Of a stretch of 52,842 nt of DNA, positions 30,717-40,300 are shown piece after piece. A program made the position numbers and the translations under genes. Numbering within the stretch: position 1 is the stretch's first letter; each line of letters starts with the position of its first letter. The notes beneath the pieces are model-generated. The model was not told the DNA's origin. It saw only the letters and a program-made list of their open reading frames with translations, and made no database searches. Origin of the DNA: Myxococcota bacterium (GTDB lineage Bacteria > Myxococcota_A > UBA9160 > UBA4427); contig JAPYQM010000011.1 in NCBI GenBank assembly GCA_029941235.1, positions 4,677 through 57,518 on the forward strand. Direction: 5' to 3'.

Positions 30717-32074
30717 GAGTTCTCCGGCGCCACCACCGCGCGGTAGGCCTCGATGGCCCGAAGGCCGCGCGCCGCCAGCGCTTCGTTTTTTTCGCGCTTG
30801 GGCTGTTTGCGCGGACGATCGGGACCACGGGGACGATCGAGGGGCGGAAAGAGCCCGAAGTTCACGTTCATCGGCTGAAAGTCTCGGGCACTCGAATTTC
30901 CCAAATGCGCGAGCAGCGCCCCATGGGCGGTTTCCGGCGGCGGCTTGACCCAATGGAGCCCCTGAGCCGAGCGAGCTGCATTGGTACCCGCCATGCCGCC
31001 CAGCGCAGCGGACTCCACATAGCCCTCAACCCCAGCCATCTGGCCAGCAAGATAGAGTCCTTTTCTTGCCTTCAGCTCCAGACTCGGCTCCAACCGAAGC
31101 GGTGCGTTCACGTACGTGTTCCGGTGGACCGAACCAAAGCGCGCGAAGACCGCCTTCTCCAAACCGGGCAGCGTGCGAAAAATTCTCTTCTGTTCGCCGA
31201 TCCGAAGCTTGGTCTGGAACCCGACCAGATTGAAGAGAACCCCGGCCTCATCCTCTTGGCGGAGCTGGACGACGGCATGAGAGCGTTTGCCCGTCCTTGG
31301 GTTGATCAGCCCGACGGGCTTCATCGGTCCGTAGGCGAGGGTTTCAGCGCCCCGGCGGGCCATTTCCTCAATGGGCAGGCACCCCTCGAAATAGAGCGCC
31401 TTCTCAAATTTGTGCAGGGGAACTGTCTCGGCCTCGAGCAAGTTCGAAACGAACGCTCGATATTGCTCGCCGTTCAGCGGCACGTTGAGGTAATCCCCCT
31501 CCCCCTCTTCGTAGCGGGAGGCACGAAAAACGATGCTGTGGTCGATTGAATCCGCGTAAATCGTCGGCGCGATCGCATCATAAAAATAGAGGTACTCTTC
31601 CCCGAGCAACCGTTGCAGATTCCGAGCCAGCTCGGGTGCCGTCAATGGCCCTGTAGCGAGCACCACCAAGGGATCGTCGGGAATTTCCGGCACGAGTTCC
31701 CTGCGCAATTCAATTCGGGGGTTGTCTTCGATCGCCCGGGTGACGTATTGGGCGAACCCCGTCCGGTCCACCGCAAGCGCTCGACCCGCCGGAACAGCAG
31801 TGGCGTCGGCGGCCTCGATGATGAGCGAACCCAGGCAACGCATTTCTTCCTTGAGGAGCCCAACCGCATTGTGGGTAGGGCTCGCCCGAAGTGAGTTGCT
31901 GCAGACCAGCTCGGCAAGATCCTCGGAGATATGGGCCGGCGAAAGACGCTCGGGTTTCATGTCGTAGAGAACGACTTCAACTCCCCGGCGCGACGCTTGC
32001 CAAGCCGCCTCGCAGCCCGCGAGCCCTCCGCCCACCACGAGCAGCCGAGGGGATTTCCCCTGCATGAAACTCAT
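30713..32074 (-). CDS. trmFO: methylenetetrahydrofolate--tRNA-(uracil-5-)-methyltransferase TrmFO
   Basis: Carries the FAD motif LLVVGGGLAGCEAAWQ. The start ATG is at 32074 or 32065. The track ORF runs to 32155. Confidence 0.9.
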   Translation of the reverse strand: MSFMQGKSPRLLVVGGGLAGCEAAWQASRRGVEVVLYDMKPERLSPAHISEDLAELVCSNSLRASPTHNAVGLLKEEMRCLGSLIIEAADATAVPAGRALAVDRTGFAQYVTRAIEDNPRIELRRELVPEIPDDPLVVLATGPLTAPELARNLQRLLGEEYLYFYDAIAPTIYADSIDHSIVFRASRYEEGEGDYLNVPLNGEQYRAFVSNLLEAETVPLHKFEKALYFEGCLPIEEMARRGAETLAYGPMKPVGLINPRTGKRSHAVVQLRQEDEAGVLFNLVGFQTKLRIGEQKRIFRTLPGLEKAVFARFGSVHRNTYVNAPLRLEPSLELKARKGLYLAGQMAGVEGYVESAALGGMAGTNAARSAQGLHWVKPPPETAHGALLAHLGNSSARDFQPMNVNFGLFPPLDRPRGPDRPRKQPKREKNEALAARGLRAIEAYRAVVAPENS

Positions 32075-32178
32075 TCTGACCGCACCTCTCCGGAAAATCC
32101 CGCCGATCCACGGACACCTGGCCGAGAACTCAAGCCCAGCGGGAGGATAGCCCATCGCCGGGCTTGCCTTGCCGCCAC

Positions 32179-33342
32179 TCAGACCCGACCGCGAAGCCGC
32201 CGCCGTGACGGCGGGATCGCGTGCAATCGGCCGTCTCGATCCGCTTCGATCCAGCCATCAATCTCGAGTCCCATCAAGCCCAGGGCGAGCCGTCCTTCGG
32301 CCCAGCCGAGTTCGCGGCCCAGCCCATCGCGGTGGAGGGCCTCCTCGCGCAGTCGGAGATAGATTCGGGCCTGGTCGGGATCGGAGGGCTCGGCTTCGGT
32401 TGCCCGACCCAAAGCCGGAACCGGGTTTGAGTCAAGACTGAAAGGCGAGGAAACCGCCTCGAGGACATCCGAGGGCTCGAGAACCGGACGGGCCCCGTCC
32501 CGGAGCAGAGCATTCGAACCCGCAGCATGAATCGAATCGATGCGGCCCGGCACAACAAGAACCTCTCTGCCTTGGTTCAATGCGTGGCGCGCCGTAATGA
32601 GCGAGCCGCTCTTCCGCCGGGCTTCTACAACCACCACCGCCTGAACGAGCCCGCTGATCAACCGATTCCGCAGGGGGAAATGGGGAGCGGCAGGAGGGCG
32701 GCCCAGGGGAAGCTCGCTGATCACGGCTCCCGAGCGAGCAATTCGCTCGGCCAATTCCCGATGCTCGGGAGGGTAGACCCGATCTGGCCCCGAACCCATG
32801 ACCGCCAAAGTGCGCCCGGGGGCGGCGAGCGCTCCGCGATGAGCCGCCGCATCAACCCCCCGCGCCAGCCCGGAAACGACCACGAAGCCGGCCTCGGCCA
32901 GCGCGCAGCCCAACTCTTCGGCCACGCCCCGCCCGTAACTCGTTGCGGCACGGGCACCGACGATGGCGATCGAAGGCCTCCCCAGATCGGCCGGATCGCC
33001 GCGTATCAGGAGCACGGGCGGCGGATCGGCGAGAGCCCGCAACGAAAGGGGGTAGGAATTCGCGGTGAGAGGGAGTGCCCGGATGCCGTGCTCTCCCATG
33101 ACGCGAATCCAGCCCGCGACCTCATGACCGCCCCGGGGCAGACTTTTTCCGCTGCGAGCAAGCGCTGCGACCGGATCGCCTCCCGTTGCTACCAGACAAT
33201 CCCGGGCGAGTACTGGCGCCAGACAAAGCGCGGATTGAAACTGCAACCAGGCTCCAAGCAATTCCTGGGTAGCGGCTCTCTCATCCGTGGGATCGAGTAC
33301 ATCCGGTGACTGAACGTCCCGAGTCAATCCGATTTCGCACAT
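32179..33342 (-). CDS. dprA: DNA-processing protein DprA (Smf)
   Basis: 387 aa with the DprA Rossmann-like core (IAIVGARAATSYG...VVSGLARGVDAAAHRGAL...GSLITARHALNQGREVLVVPG). Confidence 0.85.
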   Translation of the reverse strand: MCEIGLTRDVQSPDVLDPTDERAATQELLGAWLQFQSALCLAPVLARDCLVATGGDPVAALARSGKSLPRGGHEVAGWIRVMGEHGIRALPLTANSYPLSLRALADPPPVLLIRGDPADLGRPSIAIVGARAATSYGRGVAEELGCALAEAGFVVVSGLARGVDAAAHRGALAAPGRTLAVMGSGPDRVYPPEHRELAERIARSGAVISELPLGRPPAAPHFPLRNRLISGLVQAVVVVEARRKSGSLITARHALNQGREVLVVPGRIDSIHAAGSNALLRDGARPVLEPSDVLEAVSSPFSLDSNPVPALGRATEAEPSDPDQARIYLRLREEALHRDGLGRELGWAEGRLALGLMGLEIDGWIEADRDGRLHAIPPSRRRLRGRV

Positions 33343-33438
33343 TGGGGAGGCTCCCGGGGACCGGGAATCACCTTATTAGCAAAATTTCCATCGAAGCAAA
33401 ATCGGCGAGCCCTGAGCCTCTCCCAACCCGGGAAAAAA

Positions 33439-34584
33439 TCAGCGCCGGGCGACTCGGGGGGCGACGGGACGAACCTGATCGCCCACTTCCAGAGCTCGTT
33501 TCGAGCCGACCACGTAGCCGACGGCGGTGTTCGGACTGACCTCAACGACCACTAGGCTGGCGTCGGTTCGATCGGGGGTCATCACCTTCTTCGATCGCAC
33601 ACGTTCTTCGCGGATCGAGCCCGGACTGAAGACTTCCATTTCAGAACCCAGATCCAGTCCATCCGAAGTGCCTCGATTCAGATAGACATAGTCCCCGTCC
33701 GCAACCTGACTTCGACCCTCGGGAATGAACACGATATTGCCCTCGGCTGCGCCAGGCGTGGACTTCACCTCGACCTCCAGCCGGGGCGAAATCCGAGGAA
33801 TCAACCGATCTCCCCGAGCAATCTCCGATCGGGACATTCGAATTTCGGCCGTCGCCGAATCGCCCTTGACCTCCCGAACCACAAGCCAACCGAGAATGTC
33901 CACGTGGTAACCCAGCTGTCGGCCGCGGCGAATATCATAGACGGGCTCGGCGTCGCGAAAGAGTGTCAACTCATCGCCAACAGCAACCTCGCCCATTCCC
34001 TGCCCGATATAGACGATATCGCCTCCCGCCAACCACTCCCGGGCGCTCGGGGATCCGACGATACTGGTTGCCGCTTCAACCGCAGAGCGGCTCACGAATC
34101 CCATCGCACCGCGCTCGGCCACACGAATACTCCGGCTGGACGGAAGCGGCTCGGCGATGACCTCCTCCACCGCTTCGACGACTTCCTCGGAGACAGCGTC
34201 GCTCTGTTGGTCGCGGGCGGCGATCATGGCATTGGCCCGTTCCCGAGTGATCTTGCGCATTTCGCCCGCAGTAATCCAGATGCGATCTTCGGGCACAATC
34301 AGGTGGGGGTTTTCAATATCATCGTTGTCCCGCCAGACCGCTGGCCACACCCAGGCCGTCCCCAGATAGGTGGAAGAAATATCCCAGAGCGTATCGCCGG
34401 TAATCACCGTGTGAATTCGCCCCACGTTGCCGTTCTCGTCCACGGCCCATGGGCCGAGTGTTGGATCCGGCGAGGTGCTGAGAACCGGAGCGTCACCGGG
34501 GCCCGGCACCGCGACGGACTCGGCGTAAGGAGCCCCCACAGCAAGGGTTTGGGCTAGGACAATCAGGGAAAGCCATGCTCTCAT
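33439..34584 (-). CDS. LysM-domain periplasmic protein, TsaP-like
   Basis: The ATG at 34582-34584 gives a signal peptide (MRAWLSLIVLAQTLAVGAPYA) with GGAG 8 nt upstream. It carries a LysM domain (HTVITGDTLWDISSTYLG...). Adjacency to dprA matches the tsaP arrangement I recall from Pseudomonas. Confidence 0.55.
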   Translation of the reverse strand: MRAWLSLIVLAQTLAVGAPYAESVAVPGPGDAPVLSTSPDPTLGPWAVDENGNVGRIHTVITGDTLWDISSTYLGTAWVWPAVWRDNDDIENPHLIVPEDRIWITAGEMRKITRERANAMIAARDQQSDAVSEEVVEAVEEVIAEPLPSSRSIRVAERGAMGFVSRSAVEAATSIVGSPSAREWLAGGDIVYIGQGMGEVAVGDELTLFRDAEPVYDIRRGRQLGYHVDILGWLVVREVKGDSATAEIRMSRSEIARGDRLIPRISPRLEVEVKSTPGAAEGNIVFIPEGRSQVADGDYVYLNRGTSDGLDLGSEMEVFSPGSIREERVRSKKVMTPDRTDASLVVVEVSPNTAVGYVVGSKRALEVGDQVRPVAPRVARR

Positions 34585-34708
34585 TGGAGTTCTCCGGGGG
34601 TAGGTAAGGCACGATCGACGTGGCTCGCCGCCCCTCAGCGATCGCACGCGCGCTCAGGATAAGTCGAACAGCCCGGAGTCGCCCGCGGACCCTGGAGTAT
34701 TTGCCGGT

Positions 34709-34728
34709 CTTGAAAGCTTCATTTCAAG
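34709..34728. repeat. AT-rich perfect inverted repeat CTTGAAA-N6-TTTCAAG
   Basis: It lies in the 308-bp gap between the PrsT-like stop and the TsaP-like start, about 125 nt upstream of the latter. On the minus strand it overlaps a TTGACT hexamer. Confidence 0.4.
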
Positions 34729-34892
34729 TCAAGAGCAGCGGAATACACCCACGCGAGACCGCGACTGGGCCAACGGTCGAAACATTCTCATTCCGCCTTA
34801 TCGGCGAGTTCACGAGCCTGCTTGATACCCCGCGGCCACTTGAATGCGCGTCCCTTGGGGGACTCGCCTCGACTCGGGTTCGGCGGCCCCAA

Positions 34893-37394
34893 TCAACTCG
34901 CCGCCTGCAGCCTTGCGATTTCCCTCTGCACACGCTCTGCCCACGGGGGGGGGGGAGCATCCTTGGCCAAGCTCCCGCTCTCCCGAAGGCCATCGATGTC
35001 GTTGATCGCAGCCTGCAGGCTATCCAAGGCCTTGGACTTGTCCCCCGAGGCCTCGTAGGCCTGGGACAAATGAAGGCGAATTTCGCCAATGGCGACATCG
35101 TCGGCTCCCGCCACACTCACCGCTTCCCGTAGATACCCAATCGCCGCGGAGTGAACGCCCCGCTTGTAAAGCACCCAGCCAAGGGTATCCGCGGCGCTGG
35201 CGCTGTCGGGAAGCGCGGCCTTGGCTTCCTGGGACAGCTTGAGGGCCCGGTCAAGATCACGACCCTCTTCGGCCATCATGTAGGCGAGATTGTTCTTTGT
35301 TTGGGCCAGGTTTCCATCCTTCTGCAACGCCATTTCGTACTGCTCGCTCGCTTTCTTGGCATCGCCGGTCATTTCATAGAGAACGCCGAGAAAGTGACGG
35401 ATGCTCGCATTCTCAGGATTCTGGTCACTGGCACTGACATACTGCTTGAGGGCCATGTCCAGCTGGCCTGCCGACGCGTAGATACGGGCCAACTGGTTGT
35501 ACGACTCGACCCGGCCCGGCTCCAATTCGATCGCCTTCTCGAAAGCCGTGGTCGCGCCTTCGAGATCTCGAACTCGAATCCCTGCCAGACCAAAGACATG
35601 CCAGAGATCCGCGGAATCCGGACTGGCCTGCAGGGCCTCGTCGATCAATTGAAGACCGATCTCAACCTGTCCTTCGGCATCGTGTACGGCGAGTAGTGAA
35701 TTCAGAATATTGGGATCGTGAGGCCGTTCCTTGTTGGCGAGGACGAAGGCCTCACGCGCTTCGCGAACCTGACCCTGGGCCATTGCGACCCGCCCGATCG
35801 CGAACAGCGCTTCGACACTCCGTCCATCCTCGGGAATCCCTTCGAGAGTTTCCGTGGCCTCATCGAACATCCCCAACCGCACCATGCTCTGAGCCAACAG
35901 GATCCGCGTCTCTTCGTCTTCAGGCTCACGCTCGAGATAGCGTCGACCATTCTGAATCGCATATTCGTGTTCGCCCAGTTCGGCATGGACCCGAACAAGG
36001 AGCTTTCGCGCTGACTTGAGGCCAGAGTTGAGTTCCACGGACCGAGCGAGTTCCGCCCTCGCCCGATGGAGGTCCCCTGTCATGAGCAGCGCCGAGCCCA
36101 AGACAAAATGCGCTTGGGCCCAATCGGGCTTGGCCGCGATGGCATCGCGAAGCACTTCGATAGCCTGCTCAGCGTTGCCCTGGGCAATTTCGGATTTTCC
36201 CCGAACAAATGCGGCTTCAGCGTTTGAAGGGTCTTCCTTGGTCACGGCGTCGACGATCGCGACGGCTTCGGCCACCTGCTCCTCGTTGCCGTTGCGGAGA
36301 CCGAGATCGATCAACAGTTCGGCCTTTCGGAGCCTCGCCAAGGTGCTGTTGGGGTCTGCCTCGGCGGCCTTCTCGGCGGCCTCCAGCGCCGCGCTGAGAT
36401 CCCCCTGGCGGCCTCGCAAATTCGAGAGGGCAAGCCACGGTTCAGGGTCGCTATCATCAAAAGTTGTTGCGAGCTCCAAAATCTCATTGGCCTTTTCGTC
36501 TTCACCGATGGATCGGTAGTGCCGGAGCAGTGCGTCGCTGAGCCGTTTCTTGTCAGCGCTCACCTCCTTGATTCCGCGATCAAGAATCGCCGTCCCCTCT
36601 TCTTCGCGCTCGCGCTCAAAATAGAAGAGGCCGAGATTGATGAACGCCCCGACGAGATGAGGATTCTGCTCGCCTTCTTCTCCGGGCTCAGCCGCGAGGA
36701 GAAGCGCTTCATTTAGGTTCGATTCAACTTCTTCGTAGCGCTCTTGAGCCATCAACAAGTTGGCGAGATGATTACGAACCATAGGCCCATCGTCACGCGC
36801 GATCGCTTCGACGAACTGAGCTTCGGCCCGCTCAGCGTCTTCGATCTTCGCGTAGTAGACCGCAAGCGCGATCCTGTAGTTCGCATTGTCGGGTTCCAAC
36901 TCGACTGCCCGAAGTAGATCCGGTTCGGATTCCTCTGATCGGCCGAGGGAATCAAGAGCCCCTGCGCGAACCAGGTGCCCCGGAGCGCTGTCCGGAGCAA
37001 GCTGGATGATTGCATCCGCCTGCTCAAGAGCCAGGTCAAAATTCTGGGCCGCGATGGAAATAGCCGCATAGGTGAGCCGTGAGTCGACGTCGTCCGGGGC
37101 CAGGCGAATCGTTTCGCTGAGTTCCCAGTAGCCCTCTTTCAGTTTGTCCGAACTCAGGTAGGCGTTTGCCAGCGCTCGGTGGGCCTCCGTGGCATTGGGG
37201 TCGATCTGAAGCACATTTCTATACTCAATAATCGCTTCGTTGAGTTGCCCCGCCTCCTTGTACGCATCCCCTCGCTTCATGAAATCCGCACGTTTTTCTT
37301 CATCGCTCGTGCAGCCCGATAGAACGGCGAAAAACGCGGCGAACAGGAACAGGAGACGTCCGATACCAGGAAATTTCTGTGCAACGAAACTCAT
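34893..37394 (-). CDS. prsT: large TPR-repeat lipoprotein, PEP-CTERM-system PrsT-like
   Basis: About 833 aa with a lipobox (FFAVLSGC) and TPR units throughout. It sits at the edge of the exosortase locus. The prsT assignment is by architecture and context only. The ATG at 37392-37394 is preferred over the TTG at 37400. Confidence 0.6.
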   Translation of the reverse strand: MSFVAQKFPGIGRLLFLFAAFFAVLSGCTSDEEKRADFMKRGDAYKEAGQLNEAIIEYRNVLQIDPNATEAHRALANAYLSSDKLKEGYWELSETIRLAPDDVDSRLTYAAISIAAQNFDLALEQADAIIQLAPDSAPGHLVRAGALDSLGRSEESEPDLLRAVELEPDNANYRIALAVYYAKIEDAERAEAQFVEAIARDDGPMVRNHLANLLMAQERYEEVESNLNEALLLAAEPGEEGEQNPHLVGAFINLGLFYFEREREEEGTAILDRGIKEVSADKKRLSDALLRHYRSIGEDEKANEILELATTFDDSDPEPWLALSNLRGRQGDLSAALEAAEKAAEADPNSTLARLRKAELLIDLGLRNGNEEQVAEAVAIVDAVTKEDPSNAEAAFVRGKSEIAQGNAEQAIEVLRDAIAAKPDWAQAHFVLGSALLMTGDLHRARAELARSVELNSGLKSARKLLVRVHAELGEHEYAIQNGRRYLEREPEDEETRILLAQSMVRLGMFDEATETLEGIPEDGRSVEALFAIGRVAMAQGQVREAREAFVLANKERPHDPNILNSLLAVHDAEGQVEIGLQLIDEALQASPDSADLWHVFGLAGIRVRDLEGATTAFEKAIELEPGRVESYNQLARIYASAGQLDMALKQYVSASDQNPENASIRHFLGVLYEMTGDAKKASEQYEMALQKDGNLAQTKNNLAYMMAEEGRDLDRALKLSQEAKAALPDSASAADTLGWVLYKRGVHSAAIGYLREAVSVAGADDVAIGEIRLHLSQAYEASGDKSKALDSLQAAINDIDGLRESGSLAKDAPPPPWAERVQREIARLQAAS
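34945..34955. repeat. G11 homopolymer (C11 on the coding strand) inside the 3' end of the PrsT-like gene
   Basis: I counted this directly. It encodes the PPPP in ...KDAPPPPWAERV..., 22 codons before the stop. Confidence 0.95.
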
Positions 37395-37442
37395 CGTCAA
37401 ACCTCAACTTAAACCGGGGTGGGCCCGGAGCGAATTTTCGGA

Positions 37443-37471
37443 ATTATGAAACTGCGCTATTCGGAACTCAA
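37443..37471 (-). promoter_or_regulatory. candidate sigma-70 promoter upstream of the PrsT-like gene
   Basis: The minus strand reads TTGAGT (37471-37466), a 17-nt spacer, then CATAAT (37448-37443), about 49 nt upstream of the ATG. This is a pattern match only. Confidence 0.2.
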
Positions 37472-37602
37472 ATTCCACAGAACTCGACAAGCCTGGAATC
37501 GATGACCACCCGAGCGCGCGAAATCGGGCCGTCGACGCCTCACAACCATAGCAGACGGAGCTTCAGCTCATGAGCCGGCCCTGAGAAGGCACAGCCCGGC
37601 TT

Positions 37603-38766
37603 TCACGTCAGATCCTTGCGCCCGCCCTTCGCAAGGGTGGCCACCAGCTTTCGGACTTCATGGCTGCGGTCAATGTCGGCGATCAAAATGGCGTCCTCGG
37701 TATCTACGACCACCAACCCCTCAACCCCAAGCAGGGCAACCAGACGCTCTCCGCCCCAAACGAGATTCGAAGCCGAGTCCTCGAGCAGAACTTCACCTCC
37801 CAAAACGCGATTTCCATCATCCCCACCGGCCCGGCGACCCGACGTCCTTACCCCGCGGACGAGTCGATCCGCGGGGGTACGACTGCCTACGCCGAGTTCC
37901 TCCCCGAGCGATGCCCAGGTTCCCACGTCGCTCCACGCAAAATCAACGGGCAACGTCCAGACTTTTCGACTCCTCTCCATGACCGCAATATCGATAGGAA
38001 CGGATGGGGCACGCCGATACGCGGCTGCCACGGCGCTCGAATTTCGACCCTGAGGTTTGCTCCTGAGCGGTGAAAGCGCGCGATGCAAATCGGGCGCGCA
38101 GACCTCGATCTCTCCCAGCATCGTCGCTGCTGAAAAGACAAAAACTCCGGCGTTCCAAAGATACTGGCTGGATGCTAGATAGCGTTGCGCCCGCTTCGCG
38201 TCGGGCTTTTCTACAAAACGACGAACTCGATACAATCCGGGAAAAGAACCTCCCGCACTTTTCCCCTGCTGTATGTAGCCGTATCCCGTGTCTGGGCGAG
38301 TGGGTATGACTCCAAGTGTCACCAAAACCCCGGCCGAGGCGGCAGCCCGGGCACAGCGCCGCATCGAAGCCGCGAATGCCCGGCCGTCCGGAATATGATG
38401 ATCCGCAGAAAGAATGGCCAAAACACTTCCGGAATCCTCAGCCTCTATTCTCTGGGCCGCCCATGCCACAGCCATCGCGGTATTTTTCCGAGAAGGCTCA
38501 ATCAGCACCCTTTGAGCGGGGAGGCCCGACTCCTCCCTGATTGCCTTCGCGTGTTCCTTCCCGCACACGATCCAAACTTGATCTTCTCCGGCGAATTTCT
38601 TTGCACGGCTCATAGTCGCGGCCAACAGCGATGTCCCCCCAACCACGCGCATCAAGGGTTTCGGGTACTTCCGACGCGATGCTGGCCAAAAACGTTCACC
38701 CGCTCCACCCGCAAGAATCACGGCATGAACCGAAGGTCGACCAACCTTCTGTTTCTTCGCGACCAT
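37603..38766 (-). CDS. manC: mannose-1-phosphate guanylyltransferase
   Basis: The ATG at 38764-38766 is followed by the nucleotidyltransferase motif AVILAGGAGERFWP. The track ORF start at 38802 would overlap ugd. Confidence 0.8.
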   Translation of the reverse strand: MVAKKQKVGRPSVHAVILAGGAGERFWPASRRKYPKPLMRVVGGTSLLAATMSRAKKFAGEDQVWIVCGKEHAKAIREESGLPAQRVLIEPSRKNTAMAVAWAAQRIEAEDSGSVLAILSADHHIPDGRAFAASMRRCARAAASAGVLVTLGVIPTRPDTGYGYIQQGKSAGGSFPGLYRVRRFVEKPDAKRAQRYLASSQYLWNAGVFVFSAATMLGEIEVCAPDLHRALSPLRSKPQGRNSSAVAAAYRRAPSVPIDIAVMERSRKVWTLPVDFAWSDVGTWASLGEELGVGSRTPADRLVRGVRTSGRRAGGDDGNRVLGGEVLLEDSASNLVWGGERLVALLGVEGLVVVDTEDAILIADIDRSHEVRKLVATLAKGGRKDLT

Positions 38767-38780
38767 CGTTGAAGCCCTTC

Positions 38781-40100
38781 TCACCTGCGCCCGATTCCCC
38801 AATACTCGATGCCACTCTCGCGCACAGTCTGAGGGTTATAAATATTCCGCAAGTCAACGAGTTTTGGTTGCCTTAGCAGTTCCTTGATCCGGCGCAGATC
38901 AAGCGCCCGAAATTCATTCCACTCAGTAACGATTACCAAAACATCAGCGCCATCGGACGCGTCGTAGGCATCCTCGCAGAGCACAAGTTCGGGAAGTTCT
39001 CGAGAGGCCGGATCCATGGCCCGAGGGTCGAAGGCCCGGATCTGAGCCCCCTCTTTCAAAAGAGCTCGAATGATGGCCAGAGAAGGACTTTCCCGGACGT
39101 CGTCTGTCTCGGGCTTGAAGGAAAGGCCCAAGAGTCCCACAACTTTCCCCTTCAATTGTCCATCGCACGCACTCGCAATCTTTCCGGTGGCGTAGTCGAG
39201 TTGACGACCATTCGCCCTCATAGCGGCTTCGACAATTTCGAACTTCCGACCCAACTCCCTGACGGTGTGAGCCGCCGCCCGCGTATCCTTGGGGAAGCAC
39301 GAGCCTCCATATCCTGGCCCCGCATGGAGAAACTTGGAGCCAATCCGGCGGTCGAGACCCATCGCCCGGGCGACACTTTGGACATCCCCGCCTACGTCGT
39401 CGCAGAGCAGTGAAAGTTCGTTGACGAATGAAACTTTTGTCGCAAGGAATGCATTCGCCGCATACTTCGATATCTCAGAACTCACCAAATCTGTGAAAAC
39501 GAAAGGAGTCTCATTGAGAAACAGCGGTCGATAGAGATCCTTCATGATCGCCAATGCTTGATCGTCTCCTGGCTCGGTGCCCACAACAACCCTGTCGGGT
39601 CGGAGAAAATCACCAATCGCGGCCCCTTCTCGAAGGAATTCCGGATTCGAAACAACGCTAAAATGAACTTCCCGGCCAGCCGCTTTAAGTTCTTCCTCGA
39701 TCCATCCCCGTATTTTCTGCGACGTGCCCACAGGGACTGTGCTCTTTGTGACGACTACCTTGTAGCCGTCGAGATTTCGGCCGATTTCCCGGGCCGCCGC
39801 TTCAACGAATCTGAGATCGGCGCTTCCATCTTCTGCAGACGGGGTACCCACTGCAATGAATGCAATTAAGGCTCCTCGGATCGCTTCATCGCGATCGGCG
39901 GTGAAGAAGAGTCGCTCCGCCTCAATACTGCGTCGGACAAGGTCGGAAAGCCCGGGTTCGTACATCTCGACTCGACCAGAACCCAGTGCGGCGATTTTAT
40001 CGGCATCGGTATCCGTACACGTGACGCGAAGCCCAAACTCCGAAAAGCAAGCCCCCGTCACGATTCCCACATATCCGCAACCGATCACGCAGACATTCAT
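38781..40100 (-). CDS. ugd: UDP-glucose 6-dehydrogenase family nucleotide-sugar dehydrogenase
   Basis: 439 aa with MNVCVIGCGYVGIVTGACF NAD binding and the catalytic GGSCFPKD. Confidence 0.8.
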   Translation of the reverse strand: MNVCVIGCGYVGIVTGACFSEFGLRVTCTDTDADKIAALGSGRVEMYEPGLSDLVRRSIEAERLFFTADRDEAIRGALIAFIAVGTPSAEDGSADLRFVEAAAREIGRNLDGYKVVVTKSTVPVGTSQKIRGWIEEELKAAGREVHFSVVSNPEFLREGAAIGDFLRPDRVVVGTEPGDDQALAIMKDLYRPLFLNETPFVFTDLVSSEISKYAANAFLATKVSFVNELSLLCDDVGGDVQSVARAMGLDRRIGSKFLHAGPGYGGSCFPKDTRAAAHTVRELGRKFEIVEAAMRANGRQLDYATGKIASACDGQLKGKVVGLLGLSFKPETDDVRESPSLAIIRALLKEGAQIRAFDPRAMDPASRELPELVLCEDAYDASDGADVLVIVTEWNEFRALDLRRIKELLRQPKLVDLRNIYNPQTVRESGIEYWGIGRR

Positions 40101-40300
40101 TTCTCACGCTCCTCAAAATTCGACCCTGACAAAACGTCCGGTTGAATTCTAGTCGAAAACTGAATATTCCACCCTCTCAGCCAAAGGAACCGCCCGGTGC
40201 TATCGCGAATAGGCAGACACCCTTGACACGAATTTCCAGGGACGGCTCGTCGCTCCCGACGAGAACCCTACCCAGCAGCGGCGAGATCGTTCAAGATTGC

